Assembly: GCA_963743405.1 (NCBI GenBank) | Contig: CAVUPX010000013.1 | Span: forward strand, 287,472 to 351,471 | Length of the DNA stretch: 64,000 bases | Origin: an uncultured Alphaproteobacteria bacterium | Lineage (GTDB): Bacteria > Pseudomonadota > Alphaproteobacteria > Rhizobiales > Xanthobacteraceae | Direction: 5' to 3' | In this document: positions 19,524-29,115 of the stretch, one piece after another | Position numbering within the stretch: the first letter of the stretch is position 1 | How the letters are laid out: each line of letters starts with the position of its first letter | The notes under the pieces: model-generated | The model's database searches: none | The model's input: the letters and a program-made list of their open reading frames with translations, nothing else | What the model was told of the DNA's origin: nothing | Made by a program: the position numbers and the translations under genes

Positions 19524-20864
19524 ATGGCTTTTTCCCATCTCGGCTTATCCGCTAAAGTTCTCGCCGCTATCGAGGCGGCAGGCTACAAGACCCCCACTCC
19601 CATCCAAGACCAGGCAATTCCTCACGTCCTCGCACGGCGCGATGTGCTTGGTATCGCGCAAACGGGCACCGGAAAGACCGCTGCATTCGTTTTGCCAATG
19701 CTCACAATGCTGGAGCAAGGACGCGCGCGAGCGCGCATGCCGCGCACGCTCATCCTCGAGCCGACGCGCGAACTTGCGGCTCAGGTTGCCGATCATTTTG
19801 AAAAGTACGGGAAGAACCACAAGCTCAACGTTGCACTGATCATTGGCGGCGTATCGTTCGACAATCAGGACGCCAAACTGGTGCGCGGCGTCGACGTCCT
19901 GATCGCGACACCCGGCCGCCTGCTCGATCATTCCGAACGCGGACGTCTGCTACTCTCGGGCGTCGAACTGCTGGTCATCGATGAGGCTGACCGCATGCTC
20001 GACATGGGCTTCATCCCCGACATCGAGCGCATCGGCAAACTGGTGCCATTTACCCGCCAGACGTTGTTCTTCACCGCGACCATGCCACCTGAAATCCAGC
20101 GCATCGCTGACAAATTCCTGCACAATCCGGTACGCGTTGAAGTTTCCAAACCCGCCACTGCGGCCGTTACGATCACACAGCTGCTCGTCGCTACCGGCCG
20201 CGAACCGCACGACAAGCGCGAGACCCTGCGCAACCTGATCCGTTCTGCCGATAGTTTCAAGAACGCCATCGTTTTCTGCAATCGCAAGCGCGAAGTTGCG
20301 CAGCTGCACCGCTCGTTGCTGCGCCACAAATTCAATGCGGTCGCCTTGCACGGCGACATGGACCAGTCTGCGCGCACGGCAGCACTCGAACAGTTCCGCA
20401 AAGGCGAAGTCACGGTGCTGGTCGCTTCCGATGTTGCCGCCCGTGGGCTCGACATCCCGGAAGTCAGCCATATCTTCAATTTCGACGTGCCGCATCATCC
20501 CGATGACTATGTGCACCGTATTGGCCGCACAGGCCGCGCTGGCCGCTCAGGTACAGCTATCACCATCGTCTCGCCGAGTGATAGCAAGGCCGTGGGCGCC
20601 ATCGAGCGATTGACCGGCCAGACCATCACGTGGATGGGTGCACCCGCGGCAGCCGAGGTGCGCGAAAGCCGCGACGACGGTGGCCGGGCAGCGCGCGCCG
20701 AACCTCACCGCGATCGGCAACAACGCAACCGACGTCCGCCGAACCGGCCCAAAAAGGACGCACCTGCGGCCCCTGCACACAAGCCGCCGCCGCTCCCTGT
20801 CGAAGACGCTGAGGCAGGGCATCTTCCGGCATTTTTGCTCCGACCGGTCTCCGTTAAAGCCTGA
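19524..20864 (+). CDS. rhlE: DEAD-box ATP-dependent RNA helicase
   Basis: 446 aa with motifs AQTGTGKT, PTRELA, VIDEADRML, TAT and HRIGRTGRAG, plus an Arg/Pro-rich basic C-terminal tail. Confidence 0.9.
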   Translation: MAFSHLGLSAKVLAAIEAAGYKTPTPIQDQAIPHVLARRDVLGIAQTGTGKTAAFVLPMLTMLEQGRARARMPRTLILEPTRELAAQVADHFEKYGKNHKLNVALIIGGVSFDNQDAKLVRGVDVLIATPGRLLDHSERGRLLLSGVELLVIDEADRMLDMGFIPDIERIGKLVPFTRQTLFFTATMPPEIQRIADKFLHNPVRVEVSKPATAAVTITQLLVATGREPHDKRETLRNLIRSADSFKNAIVFCNRKREVAQLHRSLLRHKFNAVALHGDMDQSARTAALEQFRKGEVTVLVASDVAARGLDIPEVSHIFNFDVPHHPDDYVHRIGRTGRAGRSGTAITIVSPSDSKAVGAIERLTGQTITWMGAPAAAEVRESRDDGGRAARAEPHRDRQQRNRRPPNRPKKDAPAAPAHKPPPLPVEDAEAGHLPAFLLRPVSVKA

Positions 20865-21012
20865 CCGTACGGTCGCTATCATGCAATCAGGGGTTGCATG
20901 AAAAGTTCCGGATTTACTCCCAATTCATTTCCCTCGAATACCTTTCCCCTATGAGTGACGCCGTACCTGCTGTCCTCCCGCAGGTCTAGGCCGGCACCTG
21001 GGGGTCCTGACG

Positions 21013-22083
21013 ATGACCGGGCGTGTCGAGGATTACGAACGCACGATGGCGTTCGCGGACATTGCCCTTGGCCAGTTGAAGGCTCTCCGCCAGCCCGCAA
21101 TCCCGCGCAATTACGAGATTTGGTACGCCTACGCGTGCGGCTATCACCCGGCGCTTAATCAACAGGTCAATGCCACGCTCAAGGCCAAGGGCACCATTTC
21201 CGAAGCCGACCTGACACAGATTTACGAGAATTTTCTCTCGCCAACCCGCCTGACAGAGCGGATCGACCAGGTGGGCAGCCAGGTCAAAGGCGAGATCGAC
21301 CAGGTGATGGCGATGATTGATGCCGCAGCAGGATCTGCGAGCAGCTACACAGAAAGCCTCGCCGGTGCGACCGAAAAACTCGGCCAGTCAAAAGATCGCG
21401 AAGGCCTGCGCGCCATCGTGGAAAGCCTGGTGCAAACCACAAAACACATGGAGCTTTCCAACCATCAGCTGGAAGAGCGCCTTCTCGCGTCGAAGCAGGA
21501 AATCAACGAGCTACAGGAAAATCTCGAGGCGGTGCGTACCGAAAGTCTCACCGACCCGCTCACCCAGCTCGCCAACAGAAAATTCTTCGACCTCTCATTG
21601 GAAAAAGCCATCGCGTACGCAATCGCAAATAACGAGTCGCTGTCTCTCATGCTAACGGACATCGATCATTTCAAGGCGTTCAACGACAGCTTTGGTCACC
21701 TCACCGGCGATCAGGTATTACGCCTTGTAGCGATGTCGGTGAAGCAAAACGTCAAAGGCCAGGATACCGCCGCGCGTTACGGTGGTGAGGAATTTGCGAT
21801 TGTCTTGCCGAACACTGTGCTACGCGCGGCAATAACCGTTGCCGACCATATCCGCCGCGCGGTGATGACCAAGGAACTCATGAAACGGTCGACGGGCGAG
21901 CACCTTGGCCGCGTCACCATCTCGATCGGAGTTGCGACCTTGCATCAGGGCGATACCGGGCAATCGCTGATCGAACGCGCGGATGCCTGTCTCTATGCGG
22001 CCAAGCGGCTTGGGCGCAATCGCGTCGTCTGCGAAGCGGACCCCGAAATCGCCAGTGCGGACACGACTCCGCAGGTGGCGTGA
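21013..22083 (+). CDS. GGDEF-domain diguanylate cyclase with an N-terminal coiled-coil/sensor region
   Basis: 356 aa with the active site RYGGEEF. The position of the RxxD inhibitory site reads KGQD, so the I-site may be absent. Confidence 0.85.
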   Translation: MTGRVEDYERTMAFADIALGQLKALRQPAIPRNYEIWYAYACGYHPALNQQVNATLKAKGTISEADLTQIYENFLSPTRLTERIDQVGSQVKGEIDQVMAMIDAAAGSASSYTESLAGATEKLGQSKDREGLRAIVESLVQTTKHMELSNHQLEERLLASKQEINELQENLEAVRTESLTDPLTQLANRKFFDLSLEKAIAYAIANNESLSLMLTDIDHFKAFNDSFGHLTGDQVLRLVAMSVKQNVKGQDTAARYGGEEFAIVLPNTVLRAAITVADHIRRAVMTKELMKRSTGEHLGRVTISIGVATLHQGDTGQSLIERADACLYAAKRLGRNRVVCEADPEIASADTTPQVA

Positions 22084-22089
22084 ACGCCG

Positions 22090-22461
22090 TTACTCCGTAC
22101 CCTTTGCCGGCGTAAGTTGCACCGACTCCCCACAGCCGCATGCCGACGTCTGGTTCGGATTTTTGAATATGAATTGGGCCGATAGCTTTTCGGTTTTGTA
22201 ATCCATCTCGGTGCCGAGCAGGAACAGAATCGCTTTTGGATCTATTAGAATTTTGACGCCTTTGTCCTCGACCACCTCGTCGGCCGGGTTGACCGCCGCG
22301 GCATATTCCATGGTGTATTCCATGCCGGCGCAGCCACCGTTTTTAACGCCAACGCGCACACCGGCAACGGGTGTGCTGGCGCGCGCCATCACATCCTTGA
22401 TGCGCGCCGCCGCAGCATCAGTAAGGCGCATCACCTGCGGTCGGGGGCGTACTGTGGCCAT
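22090..22461 (-). CDS. sufA: A-type Fe-S cluster carrier (HesB/IscA/SufA family)
   Basis: 123 aa with Cys ligands in GGCAGMEY and the C-terminal CGCGESV. RBS GAGGA. It is the last gene of the suf operon. Confidence 0.85.
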   Translation of the reverse strand: MATVRPRPQVMRLTDAAAARIKDVMARASTPVAGVRVGVKNGGCAGMEYTMEYAAAVNPADEVVEDKGVKILIDPKAILFLLGTEMDYKTEKLSAQFIFKNPNQTSACGCGESVQLTPAKGTE

Positions 22462-22510
22462 GACAATCCTCTTTAATCCGTATCTGGCGCTTCGGCCGGC
22501 TTAGTGCAAT

Positions 22511-22909
22511 TCACCACATATTGAGCACGAGTTGGGCCTCGTCCGACATCCGACTTGGGTCCCAGGGTGGGTCCCAAACTACCGCAACCTTGGTTTCTTT
22601 GACCCCCGGCACGCTGGAAACAGCATTTTCCACCATGATCGGCAGATCCTGTGCGGCCGGGCAGTTTGGCGAGGTCAGCGACATATCGATCTTCACCGCC
22701 CGGTCGTCACCGATATCGATTTTGTAAATCAGCCCGAGTTCATAAATATCGGCCGGGATTTCTGGGTCATAGACGGTCTTCAGACCCGCAATGATATCGT
22801 CGGTCAGCTTGTTGAGCTCGTCCTGCGGCAGAGCCGGCGAGCCGATGATGGCTGCATTTTCCGGCGGCTTCTCCGCAACGCCCGCACTGTCGGTCTTTTC
22901 ATCAGTCAT
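22511..22909 (-). CDS. sufT: SUF-system Fe-S assembly protein SufT (DUF59/MIP18)
   Basis: ORF 22511..23038. The ATG at 22909 overlaps the sufS stop (ATGA). DUF59 core VYDPEIPADIYELGLIY...LTSPNCPAA. Confidence 0.8.
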   Translation of the reverse strand: MTDEKTDSAGVAEKPPENAAIIGSPALPQDELNKLTDDIIAGLKTVYDPEIPADIYELGLIYKIDIGDDRAVKIDMSLTSPNCPAAQDLPIMVENAVSSVPGVKETKVAVVWDPPWDPSRMSDEAQLVLNMW

Positions 22910-24147
22910 GCAAAAAATTCCTGCGCCTTGACGAGTGAAGCTGCAAGTACGTCCACCTCGTCCTTGGTGTTGTACATGGCGAAAGAAGCCCGGCAGGTTG
23001 CGGTTAGTCCGTAACGTGCCAGCAATGGCATCACACAATGCGTACCGGCGCGGACCGCGACGCCTGCACGGTCGATAATAGTTGCTACATCGTGAGGGTG
23101 CGCGCCTTTCATCTCAAACGAAACGATGGGGCCCTTTTCGGGCGCCTTGCCGACGATGCGCAACGAGTTAATTTGGCCGAGCCGCTCATGCGCGTATTTA
23201 ACGAGGGCGCCCTCATGGGCGCGAATGCGCGCCTTGCCGACAGAGTTGACGTAGTCGATTGCCGCGCCAAGGCCGATCGCTTGCACGATCGCCGGAGTAC
23301 CCGCTTCGAACTTGTAGGGCGGCTCGCCGTACGTCACGCGATCCTCGAAAACCTCATGAATCATTTCGCCGCCGCCGTTGAATGGCGGCATCTTCTTCAG
23401 ATGCTCGTATTTGCCGTAGAGCGCGCCAATCCCGGTCGGCCCATAAACTTTGTGCCCGGTGAAGACGTAAAAGTCGCAATCGATGTCGCGCACATCAACA
23501 TCCATGTGCACTGCCGCCTGCGCCCCATCGATCAGCACGGGAATGCCACGCGCATGTGCGAGTTTCACAACGTCCTTGACCGGCACCACCGTACCGAGCG
23601 CGTTCGACATATGGGTAACCGCGACCATCTTGGTTCGCGGCGTGAGCAACTTCTCGAACTCATCGAGCAGGAAGTTGCCGTCGTCGTCGATCGGCGCCCA
23701 TTTAATGACTGCGCCTTGGCGTTCACGTAAAAAATGCCAAGGCACGATGTTGGAGTGATGCTCCATGATCGACAGAACGATCTCATCACCAGCCTTGATG
23801 CGCTCACGGCCGAAGGTATAGGCGACCAGGTTAATCGCCTCGGTGGCGTTTCGGGTGAAGATGATCTCTTCCTTGCGACCGGCATTCAAAAACGTTTGCA
23901 CAGTCTCTCGCGCGTCTTCGTAACCTTCGGTGGCCTCGTTGGCGAGGTAATGCAGCCCGCGGTGCACATTGGCGTATTGCTCTGTGTAGGCCTTTTGCAG
24001 CCGGTCCAGCACCTGCTTTGGCTTTTGCGCGGAAGCCGCGTTATCGAGATAAACCAGTGGCTTGCCATAGACTTTCAGCGCGAGCGCAGGGAAATCCGTG
24101 CGGATCTTCGCGACGTCGTAGGAGCCATTGCTGACCGCAGGATGCAT
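22906..24147 (-). CDS. sufS: cysteine desulfurase SufS (group II)
   Basis: ORF 22906..24171 (GTG). The ATG at 24147 lies 2 nt after the sufD stop. PLP-Lys in FTGHKVYGPTG and catalytic Cys in RAGTHCVMP. Confidence 0.9.
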   Translation of the reverse strand: MHPAVSNGSYDVAKIRTDFPALALKVYGKPLVYLDNAASAQKPKQVLDRLQKAYTEQYANVHRGLHYLANEATEGYEDARETVQTFLNAGRKEEIIFTRNATEAINLVAYTFGRERIKAGDEIVLSIMEHHSNIVPWHFLRERQGAVIKWAPIDDDGNFLLDEFEKLLTPRTKMVAVTHMSNALGTVVPVKDVVKLAHARGIPVLIDGAQAAVHMDVDVRDIDCDFYVFTGHKVYGPTGIGALYGKYEHLKKMPPFNGGGEMIHEVFEDRVTYGEPPYKFEAGTPAIVQAIGLGAAIDYVNSVGKARIRAHEGALVKYAHERLGQINSLRIVGKAPEKGPIVSFEMKGAHPHDVATIIDRAGVAVRAGTHCVMPLLARYGLTATCRASFAMYNTKDEVDVLAASLVKAQEFFA

Positions 24148-24149
24148 GG

Positions 24150-25463
24150 TCAACCTCGCGTCCCGAGCCACTTGAGTGCAGCGAATTTCAGCGCATCGCG
24201 AATGCCTTCATGCGTGATCTGTTCGATCGTCTCGTCGATAAAGGCCTCGATCAACAGCGCCTCGGCTTCCTTCTCGGAAATGCCGCGCGACATCAGATAG
24301 AATTTTAGCCCCGGATCGAGCGCGCCAGCAGTAGCGCCATGGCCGCACACAACGTCGTCGGCGAAGATCTCCAGCTCCGGTTTGTTATCTGCTTCGGATT
24401 CGTCGGAGAGCAGTAGCGCCCGCGTCATCATCTTGGCATCAGTCTTCTGGGCGTGTTGCTTGACGACAATCTTACCCTGAAACACCGAATGACTTTGATT
24501 GTCGAGCACCGCCTTGAATTGCTCGCGGCTTTCGCAATGGCCGGCGGCGTGCTCGATCAGCAGCGTGGTATCGACATGGTCCTTGCCGCGCAACAGAGCG
24601 ACACCGCAAATGCCCGCCTTCGTGCCTTCGCCGGCGAAACGGATGAATTTCTGATTGCGGACGACAGTGGAATCGGCCGTGAAATCAAAGCTGTTAAACA
24701 GTGCACGTGTGCCGATCGAAGCAAGCAGACTTGCGACATGTACAGCGCGCGCTTGAGTGATCTTGATGTAGTCGACCTGTGCTTCGTCTCCGACTACCAA
24801 TTCGAGCGCGGCATTGACCTGCGCATCACCGCTTTCATGGCTTTCGATGATCGTCGCCTTGGCGCCCTTCTCCACGACGACCAGCGAACGTACGAAAGTG
24901 GAGCTCGGCTTATCGCTACCGGTCAAGAAAACGAGATTGATCGGTCGCTTCAGTGCGGCGCCGGCGGATACGCGGATCACTGCACCGTCGCCCATCAAGG
25001 CGGTGTTGATCGCCACCGCCACGTCATCGGTCACGAAGGTCTGGCCTACGCGAGCCGTCACCAGCCGGTCGCCTTTGCCAAGCGCGTCGGCCATCGTCCC
25101 AATGGCGAGGCCCGGCTCCGGAGCCAGATCAGACATGTCCGGCGCAAAAACACCGTCGACAAAAACCAGACGGCGGCATTCGACGCCACTCAAGAGGTTA
25201 CCGGCCTTCTTCGCTCGCGCACGCGCTTCCGCATCCGGTGGCGACGCCAGCGGATATAGATCGCGCATGAGCGCGCGTAAATCGGTGTATTTCCATTCCT
25301 CAACGCGCCGGTGCGGCAGGCCGCTGGCATCGAACCTGCGAAAAGCGTCTTCGCGAAGAGCCGCGACGGCGCCCTTGCCGGGCAGTTTGCCGCGCGCGCC
25401 GGCAAAGGCTGCGCTGAGCGCCTGCTCGGCCGGAGTTTTCATGGCCCGCACTTCGACATTCAT
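24150..25463 (-). CDS. sufD: Fe-S cluster assembly protein SufD
   Basis: ORF 24150..25568. The ATG at 25463 (MNVEVRAMKTPAEQ) lies 4 nt after the sufC stop. The C-terminal region is SufB/D-like (CGHGATAGALDPGLKFYLMSRGISEKEAEALL). Confidence 0.85.
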   Translation of the reverse strand: MNVEVRAMKTPAEQALSAAFAGARGKLPGKGAVAALREDAFRRFDASGLPHRRVEEWKYTDLRALMRDLYPLASPPDAEARARAKKAGNLLSGVECRRLVFVDGVFAPDMSDLAPEPGLAIGTMADALGKGDRLVTARVGQTFVTDDVAVAINTALMGDGAVIRVSAGAALKRPINLVFLTGSDKPSSTFVRSLVVVEKGAKATIIESHESGDAQVNAALELVVGDEAQVDYIKITQARAVHVASLLASIGTRALFNSFDFTADSTVVRNQKFIRFAGEGTKAGICGVALLRGKDHVDTTLLIEHAAGHCESREQFKAVLDNQSHSVFQGKIVVKQHAQKTDAKMMTRALLLSDESEADNKPELEIFADDVVCGHGATAGALDPGLKFYLMSRGISEKEAEALLIEAFIDETIEQITHEGIRDALKFAALKWLGTRG

Positions 25464-25467
25464 GGCG

Positions 25468-26223
25468 TCAGGCCGCCTCGCCCTGGAACTGCGCGTAGCC
25501 CTTAGCTTCCAATTCGAGCGCCAGCTCCTTGCCACCCGATTTAACGACTTTGCCCTTAGCAAGCACATGAACCACGTCAGGGACGATAAACTCGAGCAGC
25601 CGCTGATAGTGGGTGATCACGATCATCGAGCGGTCGGGGGATCGCAGCCGGTTGACGCCTTCGGCGACGATCTTGAGTGCGTCGATGTCGAGGCCAGAAT
25701 CAGTTTCATCGAGCACCGCGAGCCGTGGCTGAAGGATGGCCATCTGCAGAATTTCGTTGCGCTTTTTCTCGCCGCCGGAAAAACCGACGTTGACCGCACG
25801 CCGCAGCATTTCCTGGCTAATCCCAAGATGGCTGGCGGTATCGCGCACCAGTTTCATGAAATCGGGCGTAGAGAGTTCCGGTTCGCCACGTGTCTTGCGC
25901 TGGGCGTTGAGTGCAGTGCGCAAGAACGTCATGGTGGCAACACCTGGCACTTCGACGGGATATTGAAAGGCAAGAAACACACCTTTGGCGGCACGCTCAT
26001 CGGGCGCCATTTCCAGGATGCTCTCGCCGTTGAGCAGGACGTCACCCTCCGTGACTTTGTAATTGTCCTTCCCAGCCAGCACATACGCGAGCGTCGACTT
26101 GCCGGAGCCATTCGGACCCATAATGGCCGCGACCTGGCCCTTTTCAACGGACAACGTCAGGCCATTGAGGATTTTCTTGTCCTCGACCTCAACATGGAGA
26201 TTTTTGACTTCAAGAAATGCCAT
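25468..26223 (-). CDS. sufC: Fe-S cluster assembly ATPase SufC
   Basis: 251 aa with Walker A GPNGSGKST, ABC signature FSGGEKKR and Walker B LAVLDETDSGLD. Confidence 0.95.
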   Translation of the reverse strand: MAFLEVKNLHVEVEDKKILNGLTLSVEKGQVAAIMGPNGSGKSTLAYVLAGKDNYKVTEGDVLLNGESILEMAPDERAAKGVFLAFQYPVEVPGVATMTFLRTALNAQRKTRGEPELSTPDFMKLVRDTASHLGISQEMLRRAVNVGFSGGEKKRNEILQMAILQPRLAVLDETDSGLDIDALKIVAEGVNRLRSPDRSMIVITHYQRLLEFIVPDVVHVLAKGKVVKSGGKELALELEAKGYAQFQGEAA

Positions 26224-26228
26224 TTTGT

Positions 26229-27708
26229 TTAGCCCACACTTCCTTCAAGCGAGATCGAAATCAGTTTCTGCGCTTCGACTGCGAACTCCATCGGCAACTG
26301 CTGCAACACGTCCTTGACGAAACCGTTGACCACCAAGGCTGTTGCCTCCTCGGCTGACATGCCGCGCTGACGGCAATAAAACAGCATGTCCTCGGAAATT
26401 TTCGAGGTTGTCGCTTCGTGTTCGAACACAGCGGAGGAGTTCTTCGCCTCGATATAGGGCACGGTATGCGCGCCGCAGTCGTGGCCGATCAGCAGCGAGT
26501 CGCAATTGGTGAAGTTGCGCGCGTTCGTCGCCTTGCGGTGCGCCGTGACCAGGCCGCGATAGGTGTTGTTCGATTTTCCCGCTGCAATGCCCTTGGAGAT
26601 GATGCGGCTGGTCGTGTTCTTGCCGAGATGCAGCATCTTAGTGCCGCTGTCGACCTGCTGGCGGCCGTTTGAAATTGCAATCGAATAGAACTCGCCGCGC
26701 GAATGGTCGCCGCGGAGGATGCAGCTCGGATATTTCCACGTGATGGCCGAACCGGTCTCCACCTGCGTCCAGGAGATTTTCGAGCGCGCGCCGCGGCAGT
26801 CGCCACGCTTGGTGACGAAATTGAAAGATACCGCCTTTGCCCTCGGCGTCGCCCGGGTACCAGTTCTGCACAGTCGAATACTTGATTTCGGCGTCGTCGT
26901 GGGCAACCAGTTCGACCACAGCCGCGTGCAGCTGGTTCTCGTCGCGCATCGGCGCGGTGCAACCTTCGAGATAGCTGACGTAGGCGCCCTTGTCCGCGAT
27001 GATCAACGTTCGCTCGAATTGGCCGGTGTTCGCTTCGTTGATTCGGAAATAGGTCGACAGCTCCATCGGGCAGCGCACGCCCGACGGCACGTAGACAAAC
27101 GAGCCGTCGGAGAATACCGCCGAATTAAGCGTAGCGAAGAAATTATCTGAAGTCGGCACCACAGTGCCGAGATACTTCTTCACCAATTCGGGATGTTCGC
27201 GGATCGCCTCCGACATCGGCATGAAGATGACGCCGGCCTTTTTCAACTCGTCCTTGAACGTGGTGGCAACCGAGACAGAATCAAAAACCGCGTCGACGGC
27301 AACGCGCCGTTCCCCCTCGGGGCGCACGACGCCGGCGAGGATCTCTTGCTCGCGCAACGGAATGCCAAGCTTCTCGTAGGTCCTGAGAATTTCAGGGTCG
27401 ACTTCGTCGAGCGAGGCCAGCGCGTTCTTTTTAGGCGCGGAATAGTAATAGGCGTTTTGATAGTCGATCTTGGGATAATCGACGCGCGCCCATGTCGGTT
27501 CGCGCATAGTCAGCCAGCGCTTGTAGGCCTCCAGCCGCCAGGCCAGCATCCACTCCGGCTCGTTTTTCTTGGCCGAGATGAAACGGACCGTGTCTTCAGA
27601 GAGGCCCTTGGGAGCCTTCTCGGATTCGATATCGGTGACGAACCCGTATTTATATTGGTCAACGTCGATACGGCGGACCTGTTCGACGGTCTCAAGTACG
27701 GCCGGCAT
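26229..27708 (-). pseudogene. sufB: Fe-S scaffold SufB with its frame broken by an apparent 1-nt insertion (ORFs 26638..27708 and 26229..26906). It may be a sequencing artefact rather than a true pseudogene.
   Basis: The N-terminal ORF is good SufB up to ...[14 protein letters not shown]. The +1 frame continues [25 protein letters not shown]...ISLEGSVG. The span is 1480 nt (3n+1). The junction is at the U-run, window 26824-26826. RBS GGAGGG lies before the ATG at 27708. Confidence 0.9.
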
Positions 27709-27805
27709 TTTTCCCTCCGCTCACGGTTGCAAGGACCGCGGGTTGGATTTGTCGGTTATGGTCGGTTCGCTTCGTGCGTCGCGATCGATCCTGGTTGATG
27801 CCGCC

Positions 27806-28957
27806 TCAGGCGGCGTTGGCCTGCTTGTTAAGTAATGACGAAACCACCTTATTCCAAGCAGTTAGCAGCATTTCAACGTCAGCTTCTTTGGTGCTCCAAC
27901 CAAGGCTGATGCGGACTGCACCGCGCGCTAGCGCGGGTTCCACACCCATCGCCGCCAGCACGTGCGACGCTTGCACCTTTCCGGATGAGCAAGCGGAACC
28001 GGACGACACCGCTACACCATTGAGATCGAACGCGATTATCGCAGTTTCGGCCTTCAGGCCTGGAACCGTAAACAGACACGTGTTCGGAAGACGCGTAGCG
28101 CCTTCGCCAAAGATTACAACCTGCGGAGTCCCTGATTTTAACCGTGCTTCGAATTGGTCGCGGAGTGCCGCCATGGGGGCAGCGTCCGACTGTTTAGCGG
28201 CAGCCGCTGCGGCGCCGAAGCCTGCGATGGCTGCAACGTTTTCGGTGCCCGCACGCTGGCCGCGCTCCTGCCCGCCGCCTTTGATCAACGGCTCGGCGAT
28301 GTGGATGTCGCCACGGCGGATGAGCGCACCCGCGCCCTGCGGACCTCCGAGCTTGTGTGAGGATACGCTCAGAAGATCGGCACCGAGCGCAGTGATATTG
28401 CAATCGATGCGGCTTGGACCTTGTACTGCATCGACGTGCAGTACTCCGTTCGCAGCGTGCACGATCTCCGCAACCTGACAGATGGGTTGAATTACGCCGG
28501 TTTCGTTATTCGCCAGCATGATCGAGACCAGCGGCCGCTCGGCTTTACTGAGCGCAAGCGAGAGCGCGGCAAGATCAACAACTCCTTCGCCAGTGACGGG
28601 CAATTCGTCGACCAGTCCCGCGGTGAAACGGCCGCCGCTGCGCACCGAGGGATGCTCGATCGAAGACACGAACAGGCGGTCGCGCGGTTCTTTGCGCCCT
28701 CCGATTTCGATTGCCGGCGTCAGCGCCAGCATATTGGCTTCAGTGGCTCCGCTCGTGAACGTGACGGTCTTCGCTTCGGCGCCAAGCAAATCTGCGACAC
28801 GCTGGCGCGCTTCTTCGACCAAACGACGAGCAGCGCGGCCTTCTGCGTGAATGGACGAGGCGTTGCCGGTGAGCGACAGAGCGGCGTTCACAGCAAGACG
28901 CGCCTCCTCGCAGATGGGGGCGGTTGCATTCCAATCAAAATACGCCCGTTCGGACAT
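27806..28957 (-). CDS. NifS/IscS-like class V cysteine desulfurase (first gene of the suf cluster)
   Basis: 383 aa with PLP-Lys in SSHKLGGPQG and the catalytic loop SSGSACSSG. Confidence 0.85.
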   Translation of the reverse strand: MSERAYFDWNATAPICEEARLAVNAALSLTGNASSIHAEGRAARRLVEEARQRVADLLGAEAKTVTFTSGATEANMLALTPAIEIGGRKEPRDRLFVSSIEHPSVRSGGRFTAGLVDELPVTGEGVVDLAALSLALSKAERPLVSIMLANNETGVIQPICQVAEIVHAANGVLHVDAVQGPSRIDCNITALGADLLSVSSHKLGGPQGAGALIRRGDIHIAEPLIKGGGQERGQRAGTENVAAIAGFGAAAAAAKQSDAAPMAALRDQFEARLKSGTPQVVIFGEGATRLPNTCLFTVPGLKAETAIIAFDLNGVAVSSGSACSSGKVQASHVLAAMGVEPALARGAVRISLGWSTKEADVEMLLTAWNKVVSSLLNKQANAA

Positions 28958-28999
28958 AGTTCTGGCCAGTACCTAATTACCGTTTTGCTTCTAGGTCCC

Positions 29000-29019
29000 G
29001 CAAAAAGCTTGCTTTTTGC
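29000..29019. promoter_or_regulatory. perfect 9+9 inverted repeat GCAAAAAGC-TT-GCTTTTTGC in the suf leader/promoter
   Basis: Read directly from the sequence. It lies 43-62 nt upstream of the nifS-like ATG (28957). The binding protein or function is unknown. Confidence 0.4.
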
Positions 29020-29098
29020 CCTGGGGATCGTGGTAGAAGCCCGAAATCGCCCGGTCCTTATAGCGTGTGCCGAGGCTGGGAACAGCGGAAATCATATA

Positions 29099-29115
29099 AT
29101 TAGAATAATTCTAAT
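29099..29115. promoter_or_regulatory. ICE-like (iron control element) Irr box
   Basis: ATTAGAA-TAA-TTCTAAT matches the Bradyrhizobium ICE consensus TTTAGAA-N3-TTCTAAA at 12 of 14 defined positions. It lies in the divergent region between the suf operon and the alpha/beta hydrolase gene. Confidence 0.55.

Noticed and set aside
24814-26232. 472-aa plus-strand ORF (and 24453..25259, 268 aa)
   Set aside because: Both are antisense to sufD and sufC, which have clear family motifs and translational coupling. The sequence is low-complexity Ser/Ala/Arg-rich.
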